This document shows, piece by piece, positions 38,681-57,645 of a DNA stretch of 64,000 bases (its first letter is position 1; the number at the start of each line of letters is the position of its first letter). The translations under genes and the position numbers were made by a program. Location: NCBI RefSeq assembly GCF_009914755.1, contig NC_060927.1; one strand, written 5' to 3'. The DNA comes from the human T2T-CHM13v2.0 reference genome, Homo sapiens. A model generated the notes under the pieces. The model ran no database searches. It was not told the DNA's origin and saw only the letters and a list, made by a program, of their open reading frames with translations.

Positions 38681-38962
38681 GTACCTCCTGCTGTAACATT
38701 CTAAAGAGACAGTTCTTTTCAAACTTGATGGTAGGATACAGGCAGTTTCTATCTTGCTTGCCATAGAATACTGATACATAACATACCCAGGAGTCAGGCT
38801 GCTTGGGTTGAATCCAGTTCTCATAGCTGCATGAGCTTAGCCAGGTTTCCAAACCTCATTGTATCTTAATTCCCTCATCTCTTAAATGGGGGTGATAAAA
38901 GCACTTATCATAGTCCTGTTGAGAGGACTATGCAAGGTCACACATGCACAGCACTTATTTGA

Positions 38963-39527
38963 TGTGGTGGATTAAAGATGATGCAAATTCTTTGCTACTC
39001 TTCTGCTTGAGAGTTAGAGTCTAGCTCCCCTCTCCTTGGGCCTGGACCAGCCTGGGTGGCTTGACTGGTGAGTAGAGTAAAGCAGAAATGACATTCTGGG
39101 ACTTCTGAAGCTGGGTCCTAAGAAACCTCACAGCTTTCACCGAGGTGTCTTGGCACATGGTCTCTGGGAGCCCTACCCCACCACGTAAGAAGTCTGACTC
39201 ACCTGAGAGCACCATGTGGGAAAGGCCCCGTGTAGGTGCCATGATCAACAGTCCCAGCTGAATGCAGCCATTCAACCATTCCCTCCAAGGTACCAGACAT
39301 GTGAATGAGGCTGGCTTAGGCCCTCCAAAAAAGCCCAGCCACCAGCTGGCTACCACTGAGTAACCTCAGCTGATGCCACATGAAACAGAACTGAATTGCC
39401 CAGCCAAGCCCTGCCCACATTACTGCCCACAGAAGTGTAAGATATAATAAAGTAGGACTGAGGTGGGAGGATTGCTTGAGCCCAGAAGTTCTAGTCCAGC
39501 CTGAGCAGTGCAGCAAGAATTTCTCTC

Positions 39528-39581
<54 letters not shown>

Positions 39582-39650
39582 ATTAAAGTAGTTGTTTTAA
39601 GCCACTAAGTTCTGGGGCAGTTTGTTATGCGGCAATAGATAACTGAAACA
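38963..39650 (+). mobile_element. MLT1(E-G)-like LTR inserted in a MIR, with Alu monomer and (TAAA)n at 39455-39580
   Basis: tgtggtggattaaagatg...ttaagccactaagttctggggcagtttgttatgcggcaatagataactgaaaca. Confidence 0.85.
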
Positions 39651-39932
39651 CTTGGCATATAATAAATGCTTAATAGATACAGGTCAGAGCATTTTGATGT
39701 CAAATTTCATTACCCATGATCAGTATGTAAGAGTATCCAAGTTTGAGAGATTACTGCCCTGATCCCACCTTCTATGACCTCCTCTGTCTCTACCCCTGGG
39801 ATTCTAGCAATGCTGGGACTTATTTTTCCATCTGGTGCACAGTGTGCCTTCATCTGCTAAAAACCTCATAAGTCCTTGTTAACCATCTGCCTTCTGCATA
39901 AAGGACACCACACCAAACAGCCCCCGGACTAC

Positions 39933-40223
39933 TTTTTTTTTGAGACAGAGTCTTGCTCTGTCACCCAGGCTGGAGTGCAGTGGTGTGATCATAGCTCACT
40001 GCAGCCTTGACCTCCTGGGCTCAAGTAATCCTCTCACTTCCACCTCCTGTGCAGCTGGAACCATAGGCATGTGCCACCATGCCTAGCTAATTGTTTAATT
40101 TTTTGTAGACATGCGGTCTCACTGTGTTGTCCAAGCTGGTCTTGAATTCCTGGGCTCAAGCAATCCTCTTGCCTTTGCCTCCCAAAATGCTGGAATTATA
40201 GGTGTGAGCCGCCACATCTGGCC
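39933..40223 (-). mobile_element. AluJ-like
   Basis: Full dimer. Confidence 0.92.
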
Positions 40224-40299
40224 CAAACCATTTCTAATTCTACCTCTGCCATCATCTCCATGGATAACCTTGGATCTACCTTCTGGCCCCATTTCTCCA

Positions 40300-40623
40300 T
40301 TTTTATTTTTATTTTTATTTTATTTTATTTATTGAGTTTTTCAAAACGGGGTCTCACTCTGTCACCCAGGCTGGAGGGCAGTGGCATGATCTCAGCTCAC
40401 TGCAACTTCCGCCTCCCAGGTTCAAGTGATCCTCCTGCCTCAGCCTCCTGAATAGCTGGGATTACAGGCACGCACCACCATGCCTGGCTAATTTTTGTAT
40501 TTTTGGTAGAGTGGAGTTTTGCTGTGTTGGCCAGGCTGGTCTTGAACTCCTGGCCTCAAGTGATCTGCCCGCCTTGGCCTCCCAAAGTGCTGGGATCACA
40601 GATGTGAGCCACCGTGTCCAGCC
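40300..40623 (-). mobile_element. Alu
   Basis: Full dimer; TSD-like ctccatttt on both sides. Confidence 0.92.
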
Positions 40624-40895
40624 TCCATTTTAAAATGTGCCAGGGGCACATCCTGTTTCTGATGTAGGTACATAGCATGTTTCCCCTACTTCACCCTCTG
40701 CTCCTTTGCAACCTTCAACTTTTTGGTATTTCTTTTCTTTCTTCATCCATTGTTTAAGCTTTTCCCCCATTGGTAAGCCCAATGTCACTTGCATAAAGAA
40801 AAACTCTTCCTTGACCTCATATAAACCTCCAATCACCATCTGATTTATCCTCATTTCTTACTTCCACCATGCTGCTCTTTAACTGGCAAACTCTT

Positions 40896-47061
<6,166 letters not shown>

Positions 47062-47079
47062 TAACTGGCAAACTCTTAA

Positions 47080-47527
<448 letters not shown>

Positions 47528-47799
47528 TGATTAACTGGTTAATCATCAGCTTCCATTGCTAGACTGCCCTCTGCAAGGGCATGCCATATTCGTTACAATA
47601 GATCAAGCAGTTAGCCCTCTTGGGTACTGGCACACAGATCTTTGCAACTCTCCTTCCTCATTGGCTGACAACAACAAAAACAACAACAACATTTTCTGAT
47701 ACTACCACCACCACCATTGGTTAAAGCTTTCTATATGCCACAAATTGTTCTAGTCACGTTACTTGAATCTTGCCAATAACTCTATGAATAGGTATTCTT

Positions 47800-47907
47800 T
47801 TTTTTTATTATTATACTTTAAGTTTTAGGGTACATGTGCACAACGTGCAGGTTTGTTACATATGTATACATGTGCCATGTTGGTGTGCTGCACCCATTAA
47901 CTCATCA
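47800..47907 (-). mobile_element. Very short young L1PA 3' end inserted in a MIR
   Basis: tactttaagttttagggtacatgtgcacaacgtgcagg; TSD tatga(a/g)taggtattctt at 47783-47799 and 47908-47924. Confidence 0.92.
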
Positions 47908-48208
47908 TATGAGTAGGTATTCTTATCCCCATCCTACGGTTGAGGAAACAATCTTGGAGAGGTTAAGTAAGTTGTTTTGTTTTGTTTTACTACTGGTCAA
48001 TATTGGAGCTGAGGTTCAAACCCAGGAAGCTGACTCCTGGGTCAATGAAGCCCTTTTGGGAAACATTTCACCTCTGGTATTGGCTTTGGGCTTTGAAACA
48101 CATTGTCCTTTATTGCTTTTTAACAATGAATGAGCTTTGTATATGCAATTTGCCCTGCTTCCCTATGCTCTCTTTCCTAAATGTGACTGTTGGTGTCTTG
48201 TGGCCTAG

Positions 48209-48529
48209 AAGTGCCTCCAGCTCCCCGCATGGATGTCCTGGGTTCAAAATGCATCTTCTTTATTATACCAAACACACTATCCCTCCTTATCACCTTTGCT
48301 CATGAAAGACACCCACAGCATCCTACAGTGAAAAATCAGCACTGGGCGGGGAGAGGTGTATTCCAAGCAGTCGTACGGCATCATAGCAGATCATGCGTTC
48401 CTGAAGTTTCGGTTCTCGTGGCTTCATGGATGGAGAGCTGAGGCTCCTGATGGGATTGACCCCGTCTGAATCAGAGAGCTGTAATGGAATAGGGCAAAAG
48501 GAGACATTCCATTACAAAGTCAAACCATG
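48209..48529 (+). pseudogene. Candidate decayed exon (end of kinase subdomain XI and downstream region)
   Basis: cctag| ... atg|gtaaac; 321 nt of non-repetitive sequence; begins VPPAPRMDVLG. Confidence 0.45.
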
Positions 48530-48699
48530 GTAAACAACCACAGCCAAAGGAAATAGAAGAAAGAAAGAAAGGAAAGAAAATACAAAAAACAATTATATAC
48601 AGAAGAAGGATGGCAAGTTGCTGGAAGACAAACAGTTTGCCTACATCTTAGAATTCTGGAACAAAGATGTGGCCACGTTTCTTGAGTCTTTTATAGGAA

Positions 48700-49190
48700 C
48701 TTTAGACTAGTATTTCTTGAGTTCAGCATCCACAGGCAACTGAATGGATGTTAGGTGGGCAAGAAGATAGCCAATTTTAGGTACATGTTTCAAAAGACTT
48801 ATCAAATTTTTAGAAATAAAAATAAAGCATAATATCTTAAACTTATTAATCATTTTAATATCAGTAATGAGAAAATATTATTTGAAGTTAATCATTTACA
48901 ACTTCTATATCTGGGTCTATTGGATACATCTGTTTCACAACAAGTCATTTTTAAGTGGTTTTCACACTTTTTATTTTTGTAGATCCTAATTCATAATTAC
49001 AGGTGGTTGCAAATGACAACAAGTGTTTGGTGGCTATCTAAAATTATTCTGAGTATTTAGATAGAAGAGGACCCTAAAATTATGTTGTGATTTCATACAA
49101 AACATTAAGTGTTTGCCAGATGCTAAGTTGACAAACATACTTTATTCAGAGTATTGGATGGTTCAACTCTGGCGATAGCAGCAAATGGAT
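48700..49190 (-). mobile_element. hAT/Charlie-like transposase remnant
   Basis: Reverse strand near 49034-48980 reads ATKHLLSFATTCNYELG, like the hAT dimerization motif (LLPFATTYLCESG). Confidence 0.45.
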
Positions 49191-49194
49191 TCTG

Positions 49195-49480
49195 TTGTGG
49201 TTTGAACTACATCAACTTGCTTAGGCTGGAGTTATGTTTCCCAGAATCCCCTTCTCTGAGTGGTCTCAAGTTAGAATTGGTCCAGAGAATAATTTGCACA
49301 ACGTTTGGAAGGTAGAAGTGAAGCAGCCACCATTATTCTCTGAAGATTCTCAGGGTTGGATGTGACAGACAGATGCAGAGGTGCTGGCGGGTTCCATTTA
49401 TCCTTGCTGTCCTCCTCTCTGTGGCCTGGTATTCCTCCTGGCTGATGACCTTGTTGACCTGCAGTGGTCCTGGCCCATCA
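49195..49480 (+). mobile_element. ERVL LTR (LTR40/41-like) fragment
   Basis: gctggagttatgtttcccagaatcccctt...gaagtgaagcagccacc. Confidence 0.55.
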
Positions 49481-49599
49481 CAAGATGCATGGGGACTGTA
49501 ATTAATTTATCATTGCATCTCCAGTGTATGGTGCAGATCCTGTCTTATCAGTATCTTAATTGGTCATTGAATAAACACATGTGCATGGTTTTATATGCA

Positions 49600-50150
49600 T
49601 TGATTTTTGGCTACTCAGCATTGGGAAATAATAATACAATTTTCTGGAGAATCATCCCTGTCCCACATTTAGTCAATGTATGTTGGGTAAGGTTTATTTC
49701 ACACCTAGCTCCACTGACCGCATGAGTTCAGCCAGGCCAATCAAGTTATTACATTCACTTGGCTACAGTGGTTGGCCTGGGGATGGAACATGACTCAGCC
49801 CAAGCCAATAAGATGTGGTGAGTCTTTTGCTGTGACTGTCACAACAGAGGCACATGGCGTTTTCTGCTGGACCTGAACCTGGGAGGATATAGGCCTGACT
49901 CTGTTGGCAGCCATTTTGGCGCCACACTGAGCCTGAGAATGAAGCCAACATTGTGAATAGCAACGTAATGAGAAGAAACAAGAGTGGGTTCTGATAATAT
50001 TTGAGCCCCCTGGATTGAGCTGTGCCTGAAGTCAGTATCCCCTGGATTTCAATTATGTGAACCAATAACCATCCTCCCCCTTATTTTTTCCCCTCAAACC
50101 ACTATGGAGTGGGATTTCTGTGATGTGGAGCATAAACTGTCCACTCACAC
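49600..50150 (+). mobile_element. MLT1K-like LTR
   Basis: ggcagccatttt...gagcctgagaatgaagccaaca...ggattgagctgtgcctgaag. Confidence 0.7.
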
Positions 50151-50359
50151 TGAATAGTTTTCAATTTCCCTTTAGGAGCAAAACGCCTTTTTCAAATGAA
50201 TGTTCACACAGAATCCCATTACACAGCAATGTTAATAGCAGAGCTCACGAGGACCAGGACCTGCTCTCTTGCCCTCCATCCCCCAAGTTCTGAAGCAGTT
50301 CCTGATGCCTCTGTGGAATGCTGGTCTTGGCAGAACACAGTTAGAAAACCATTAATTTA

Positions 50360-50470
50360 GCCCATGTCTGTTATTTTAAAGGTAAGAAAACTGAAGTTCA
50401 GAAAAGGGAGGGGACTGACTCAATCCCAGCTGCTGGCAGATCTGGGACTGCAAACCAGCCTTCCATTGCT
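50360..50470 (-). mobile_element. MIR overlapping the APRG1 last-exon acceptor
   Basis: attttaaaggtaagaaaactgaagttcagaaaaggg resembles the antisense MIR core attttacagatgaggaaactgaggctcagagagg. Confidence 0.7.
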
Positions 50471-50668
50471 CCACACAGGTGTCTCTTCTCACGTGGAATC
50501 ACAGCATTGGATGGACTGAAAAGAGGAAGAGGCTGCAATGGAGCAGCACACCTGGTGCGTGGGGATGCCTGGAAAACAAAATTAGGAGAGCCCTGGGTCA
50601 GCATTGCTCTGGCACTGGCTGGGCCGGGGGCCATCCTGATTCTAGAATTATCTTGGTTCCTGGGATAG
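50382..50668 (+). CDS. APRG1: APRG1/C3orf35 second coding exon; spliced ORF 226+287 = 513 nt = 170 aa with a hydrophobic C-terminus
   Basis: ttattttaaag|gt aag aaa act...; KKTEVQKREG...WVSIALALAGPGAILILELSWFLG*; TAG at 50666-50668. Confidence 0.78.
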
Positions 50669-50739
50669 AAATGTCCCCAGAGTGGAGAAGTTCAGTTCAA
50701 TCCAACATCCTTATATTGCAATGAGGATAAAGACCACAG

Positions 50740-51160
50740 ACCCTATGGCCTGTATGACCCAGCTGCCCATTTCTAGGAACCCATTCCTACAGAAATGACA
50801 ACATGCGTGTGCAAACAGCAACAATGACAAACATACCCTGGGATGCTTTCCCTCTGTGGTTTGTTATAGTAAGATAGCGGCTACAGCTTATATATCATCA
50901 ACAGAGGACTGGCTAAATGATGGCACTTCATTCTGCAGAATCTTTTTTTGTAGTCAAAAAGAACAAGTTAGATCTATATGTGTGAACATGGAAAGGTGTA
51001 CATGACTTAAGTAGAAAAATTAAGTTGCAGAACGATATTTATAGTATAATTTCATTCTTACAAAAACCGTTTTCTAAAACTGTGTGTGTAAAAGGGCTGG
51101 AAGGATACATCCACAGTCTTAATACTGGTTACATCCGGGGAGGAGAGTTGGGGCTTGAGG
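50740..51160 (+). mobile_element. L1ME-like 3' fragment
   Basis: catcaacagaggactggctaaa...aagttgcagaac...tatagtataatttcatt. Confidence 0.65.
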
Positions 51161-51662
51161 CAGACTTTGGCCATTCAATTTGGATGGGGGCCAGAGACCC
51201 CCGCCTCTCAGATCTGAGACTGCTGTACTTACTTTCCTGCCTCCTTTGCAGCACAGGCCATGACAAAGACTGTTAAATCACCTTGGGTGGGAGGGGACAG
51301 GGCGTTTCCTCTATCTGGCAGAGGGGGCTGCAAGGTCAAGTTCCTGACAGAAGTGGTGCTGTTTCCTACTGTAGCATGCAGTGGTTATGTACTGTAGTGC
51401 TTAACGGTGGCAGAGGCAGCTTCAAACACACCAGCACACTGGTCAACTTTGGGGTCTTACTCTTGGAAGCCTGGCCTGGAGCTTCCCTCTCACATTCTGT
51501 GAACCACCCAGTATCCTTCTAGTAAACTCTTCTGCTTCATTGTTCAGAGTCAGCTGAGTTAGAGGGACTTCTGATTATTTTATACATGTCATCTGATACC
51601 TAAATATATGTATACATTTTTTAACCAAACATATTTAAGAGGATACAGATGATCTCGCCTAA

Positions 51663-52016
<354 letters not shown>

Positions 52017-52024
52017 TGAACCAG

Positions 52025-52148
52025 GGTTTTCATGAAAGAGGTGAATGTGCTGACCATTAAACAGCAACTACAGCAAACTTGGTTTGCAGTGAGATGTTTG
52101 CTCGGAAATGTTCTTTTCTTTTTAAATAAGCAACTTCCTGAGCTGCAA
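52025..52148 (+). pseudogene. Candidate decayed exon
   Basis: ccag| ... caa|gttagt; open in phase 2 to 0: VFMKEVNVLTIKQQLQQTWFAVRCLLGNVLFFLNKQLPELQ. Confidence 0.4.
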
Positions 52149-52643
52149 GTTAGTCTTAGGCATGGCTCCCTCACCGGGAAAGTTGTGTCCTGTGCAGGCT
52201 GCACTTCCCACTGTCCCTGTGCATCTGCCTGGGCCTTCTTCCTCTTGGTTCTTGGGTAGACTGACTCTGTCCCCTGAAAGCCTGGTCCTCTGAGGAGACT
52301 GAAGTTTGCATGTCACACAGAGCCGGGAGATCTGGCCCTGGATGAAACTAGGGGACAGCTCCCAACGGCTGCTCAATTAGTGAGTTTCCTTTGTACTTCA
52401 ACTTGGGTAAGCTGGGCTAATTAATAAGTGGACTTGAGAATGACAAACCTTCATGGCCAAGGTCCAAAATGTCATGTTGGTGGAAGATGGCAAAAGTCTG
52501 GTGAGAGGGATGTCAGAAGTAAAAGGACTAGGTACCAGGAAATGAGGAATCAGGATAGCATTGTCCACAACTACTAAAGGTCCATGTTGATTTATTTCTT
52601 TGCTTTTTCAATGACCTTTTGATATTTGAATTTCACACATCGC

Positions 52644-53097
52644 TGTCTTAGTTTGCATCCTCCAGAAGCAGTACCTGAGACAAGGATTCAAGTGCAAGTG
52701 GCTTAATTGAGAAACAGTCATTCAGGGATCACCATTCAGGGACTGGAGAAGTAAGACAGGGAAGGAAGGAAGCCAATGGAGAGTGCGTTATTGAGCAAGT
52801 TACCACTGTGGGCAACTGGAGCTCAATGCCTCTGGGGAACTCTGGGAGCCAGTGTAGAATATACAGCTCAGAGTTTTTTCATTGGAGCAAAGGGAGTCAT
52901 TGGTTGAGTGTTGCTCCAGGGAAGTGTTCATTCTCTAGCATTTCTGGCCTGCCATGTGTGTGGGCAGAGAGGGCTCCAGTAATCAGGAAGCCTTCGACAA
53001 AGAGTCTTAGATGCTGGCTGTTGGAAGTCAGGCCACATGCACAGAAATATCACATGCTGGTGGCATCTGCGTGGAGCATCCACAGCATCTGCTACAA
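52644..53097 (-). mobile_element. LTR33-like ERVL solo LTR
   Basis: tgtcttagtttgcatcctccagaagcag...ctgagacaaggattcaagtgcaag ... cagcatctgctaca. Confidence 0.8.
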
Positions 53098-53694
53098 GTT
53101 TCTTTCCTTCTTTGCACAGCTCATGAAATTTGCCTGCCTTCTAATCAGTGCGTGGAGACTGCAAGGTAAGCAAAGAGTTTCACTTGATCTTAGGTGATCA
53201 TAGACGACTGATCTCATTTATATTCTGTTTAGGTATCCATGTTTATAGTCAAAATATATCAAATTGCTTAATATCCATACCACACACAGAATAAGATAAC
53301 ATACCTGGTTTTTAAAAAATAACTTCAGCGGCAAAATACATACTATTTTAACAGCATCCAAATTTGAGAGAGAGGTAAAAATATATTCCCTCTTATATAG
53401 TGAGATGGATGGAAACCAGAACAGAAAGCCCTGAACCCTTGGGGTTGCCCATGTAAATACTGTGACGGCCTACAATGCACTGAGGGAGTGGCTACTTGGT
53501 GTTGCCTATGGTCATTTGCCACCTTTTGTGATGAGCCTCCAACTGGGACACCTGGCCATTAGGTCCTAGTTACTCAGGAAGCTAACCTGTTAGTCACTAA
53601 ATTCACTGTACTGTTGTTTTCCTAGGGAAAAATAAGTGCTGATGCATGATGTATTGCAGTTGTTTGAAAACATGCCTCAAGTTTTACATCATCT

Positions 53695-53937
53695 GTATCT
53701 TAATCCCTTTGGGCTGCCACAGCAAATTGCCACAGACCAGGTAGCTTAGAAACAGCGGAAATTTATCTCTCAGTTCTGGAGGCTGGGAAGTCCAAGATCA
53801 AGGTGCTGACAGATTCAGTGTCTGGTGAGGGCTCACTTTCTGGTTCGTAAATGGTGCCTTCTTGCTGTGTCTTCACGTGTTGGAAGGGGCAAACAAGCTC
53901 CCTTGGGCTTCTTTCATAAGGGCACTAATCCCATTTA
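53695..53937 (-). mobile_element. MLT1A-like LTR fragment
   Basis: cagttctggaggctgggaagtccaagatcaaggtgc...taagggcactaatcccatt. Confidence 0.8.
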
Positions 53938-54736
53938 CGAGTGGGTGGACTTAAGTGAGGAGTGGTTCGGACAGCCAACAAGACTATCAAACACCCACCA
54001 CAATAGGTTGTTTTAAAGATGAGGAAACAGAGCCTCAAGGAGGTAGAGAAATGCCGCATGTTCCACAACTGGTCAAGAGCAGAACTAGGATTTGAACCCA
54101 AGTGGTCTGATGGCCCAGCTCCTGCTGTGTTCTTTCCTTCTGCTCTGTCACCTCTGGTATGGGTAATGTCTGCTCTTGCTCACGTACTTTGTAGGGGACA
54201 GAGCTTTTAGAGAATAGGAGGTTTGGGGGAAGAGGGGAAGGAAAGGAGGGCAGGTGGGGACTGTTGGAACAGGGACCCAACCCAGGGAGTCAGACTTGTT
54301 GGAGGCTGCCTCAGGACAGTCAAGGACACTGAATCCACTGACTCTCCACTCTCCCTCCTCTCTGTTAATTGGTTTGAGGAGAGGTCTATGTTAAAGAGCT
54401 GGAGCCTGATGAATTGTTATGATTGTGGGAAGGAATGGATGCTCACAGGCTCAGACAGAAAAACAAAATGAATTGGCCTATCTAGATACTTCCCACAAAA
54501 TGCTTTCAGTTCCACGTTAATTCCAAGTTTGTCTCTTAAGCACATTTGGAATATGTAAATAATCTTAGAATGTCACAATCTAGAATGTAATTTAGATAAG
54601 CTGAGAACCAAAAGAGAAGACCGCATTGCCTTGTCTGTCAGGCCTGTGTGGGTCCGATTTAATGACTCCTGATGGTATGAGGTTGAATTGGGCAGCAGAT
54701 TGGACACATAGCTATAGTGCCAGCTATTCATGTTTA

Positions 54737-55090
<354 letters not shown>

Positions 55091-55098
55091 TTAAAATG

Positions 55099-56727
55099 CA
55101 GTCATGCACCACATAATAACATTTTTGTCAATGATGGATGATAAGATGCTGGTCCCATAGATCATAACGGAGCTGAAAAATTCCCATTGCCTAGTGACGT
55201 AGCTGTCATAATGTTGTAGCATAACATGTTACTCACATGTTTGTGGTGATGCTCATGTGTGAGGCTGGGAAAGGTGGCTCTTGTCTGTAATCCCAGCACT
55301 TTGGGAGGCTGAGGTGGTAGGTTGCTTGAGGCCAGGAGTTGGAGACCAGCCTGGGCAACACAATGAGACCCGGTCTCTACAAAATAACAAAAAAATCCAA
55401 CTTACTATGCTGCCACATAAAAAAGCATAGTATATACAATTATGTGCTGAACATAATACTTGATAATGATAATAAATGACTATGTTATTGGTTTATGTGT
55501 TTACTATACTATATTTTTATTCATATTTTAGAGTGTACTTCTACTTATTAAAAAAAGTTGACTGTAGAACAGCCTCAGGCAGGTCCTCTAGGAGGTGTTC
55601 CAGAAGAAGACATTGTTATCATCAGAGATGACAGCTCCATATGCGTTACTGCTCTGAAGACTATCAGTGGGACAAGATGTGGAGGTGGAAGACTGATATT
55701 GATGGCCCTGAGCCTGTGTCGGCCTATGCTAATGTGTGTGTTTATGTCTTCACTTTTAACAAAATGTTTAAAAAGTAAAAATAAATTTTAATAGAAAAAA
55801 ACGTGCAGAATAAGGCTATAAAGAAAGAAAATATTTCTACAGCTATATAACATGTTTGTGTTTTAAGCTGTTATTATAGAAGAGCCAAAAAGTTAGAAAA
55901 ATTTAAACATTTGCAAAATAAAAAAGTTATAGTAAGCTTAGTTTATTGCTGAAGAAAGAAAATTAAAGAAAAAAAATTTAGTGTAGCCTAAGTTTTCCGT
56001 GTTTATAAAGTCTACATTAGTGTACACGAATGTCCTAGGCCTTCACATTCACTTACTCACTGACTCACCCAGAGCAATCTTCCAGGCCTACAAGCTCCAT
56101 TCATGGTAAGTGCCCCACACTGGTGTACCATTTTTAATCTTTTATAGTATATATTTTACTGTACGTTTTCTTTGTTTAGATACAAAAGTATCTTTGTGTA
56201 TCTAAATCTTTGTGTTACAATTGCTTACCTTACCTTTGTGTTACAATTGCCTACAGTATTCAGTACAGTAATGTGCTATGCAGGTTTGTAGCTTAGGAGC
56301 AATAGGCTACACCGTGTAGCCTGGGCATATAGTAGTCTATACCATCTAGGTTTGTGTAAGTATGTTCCAAGAGGTTTGCACAACAATATTGCCTAACAAC
56401 ACATTGACGGAGTCTCACTTGTCGCCCAGGCTGAAGTGCAGTGGCATGATCTCAGCTCACGGCAACCTCTGCCTCCCAGGTTCAGGTGATTCTCCTGCCT
56501 CAGCCTCCTGAGCAGCTGGTATTACAGGTGCATGCCACCATGCCCGGTGAATTTTTGTATTTTTAGTGGAGACAGGGTTTTGCCATATTGGCCAGGCTGG
56601 TCTCGAACTCCTGACCTCAGGGTGCCTCAGCCTCTCAAAGTGCTGAGATTACAGGCCTGAGCCACCGCGCCCGGCCCTAACAATACATTCTCAGAATGTA
56701 TTCCCATCACTATGTGACGCATGACTG
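55099..56727 (+). mobile_element. Tigger3/MER7-family DNA transposon with nested FLAM (55262-55395) and Alu (56406-56676)
   Basis: TIRs cagtcatgc / gcatgactg; ggagctgaaaaattcc, cctaggccttcacattcac, ttaggagcaataggcta motifs. Confidence 0.88.
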
Positions 56728-57122
56728 AATAACTTCCACTGGGTTCAACTGACCCCCCATCTGGTTGTTACTTTGGTGCACTTATTTCCATTTAATCTGT
56801 CCTCCTTACTAGGTGGATACTATTATCAGATGAGATATGGAGTCCCTATAAGGTGTAGCAACTAACCCTGTGTCTGGCAGCTGGTAAGTGGCAGATCAAG
56901 ATTTGGACTCAGGTCTTAAGTCTCGGACCATAGCTAGGTCAATTGTTCCACCACAGAGCCATCCCACACTAGGCAGGATTTCCTTGTGTCCTGACTCAGA
57001 AAGGCAGCTGTGGCAATGCGGATCTGTTATGTGGCTCTAACTACCATCCCCATCAGCTCACCACTGAGGCGAAGAGGTATGTGTTTGTTATCTATTACTG
57101 GGTCATAAATTACCCCCAAATT

Positions 57123-57645
57123 TGTACTGGTTTTCTATTGCTATGTAACAAATTACCTCAAAGCATAACGGCTTAAAACAATATCAATTATACTACAGTT
57201 TTTGTTAGTCAGGAATCCCGAAGTGGCTTATCTGGGTGCTTCTGGCTCAGGGTCTCTCATAAATGGCAGTTAAGCTATTGGCTGAGGCTGAAGGTTTGAC
57301 TGGACCTGTAGGGTCCGCCTCTGAGGCGGCTCCTGACATGGCTGGCAAATTGGTGCTTGAGGTTAGCAGGAGGCTTTACTTCCTCTCCACATGGGCCTCT
57401 CCACAGGCTGCTTGAGTGTCCTCACGACATGGCGGCTGGTGTGGCTTTCCCGGGATTGAGCAACCCGAGACAGTAAGGTGGAAGGGACAATGCTTTTCGT
57501 GGCCTATCACAGCAGTCCCACAATATCCTATTTGTTAGAAGGAAGGCACTAAGATCAGCTCCTGTTTGAGGGAAGGGGAATTAGTCTTCACCTTTTGGAG
57601 GAAGGAGTGTCAAGAGAATGTGTGGATATATTTTAAAACCACCAC
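57123..57645 (-). mobile_element. MLT1(E/F)-like LTR
   Basis: ctattgctatgtaacaaattacc...ggctcagggtctctcat...tttaaaaccaccaca. Confidence 0.82.
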
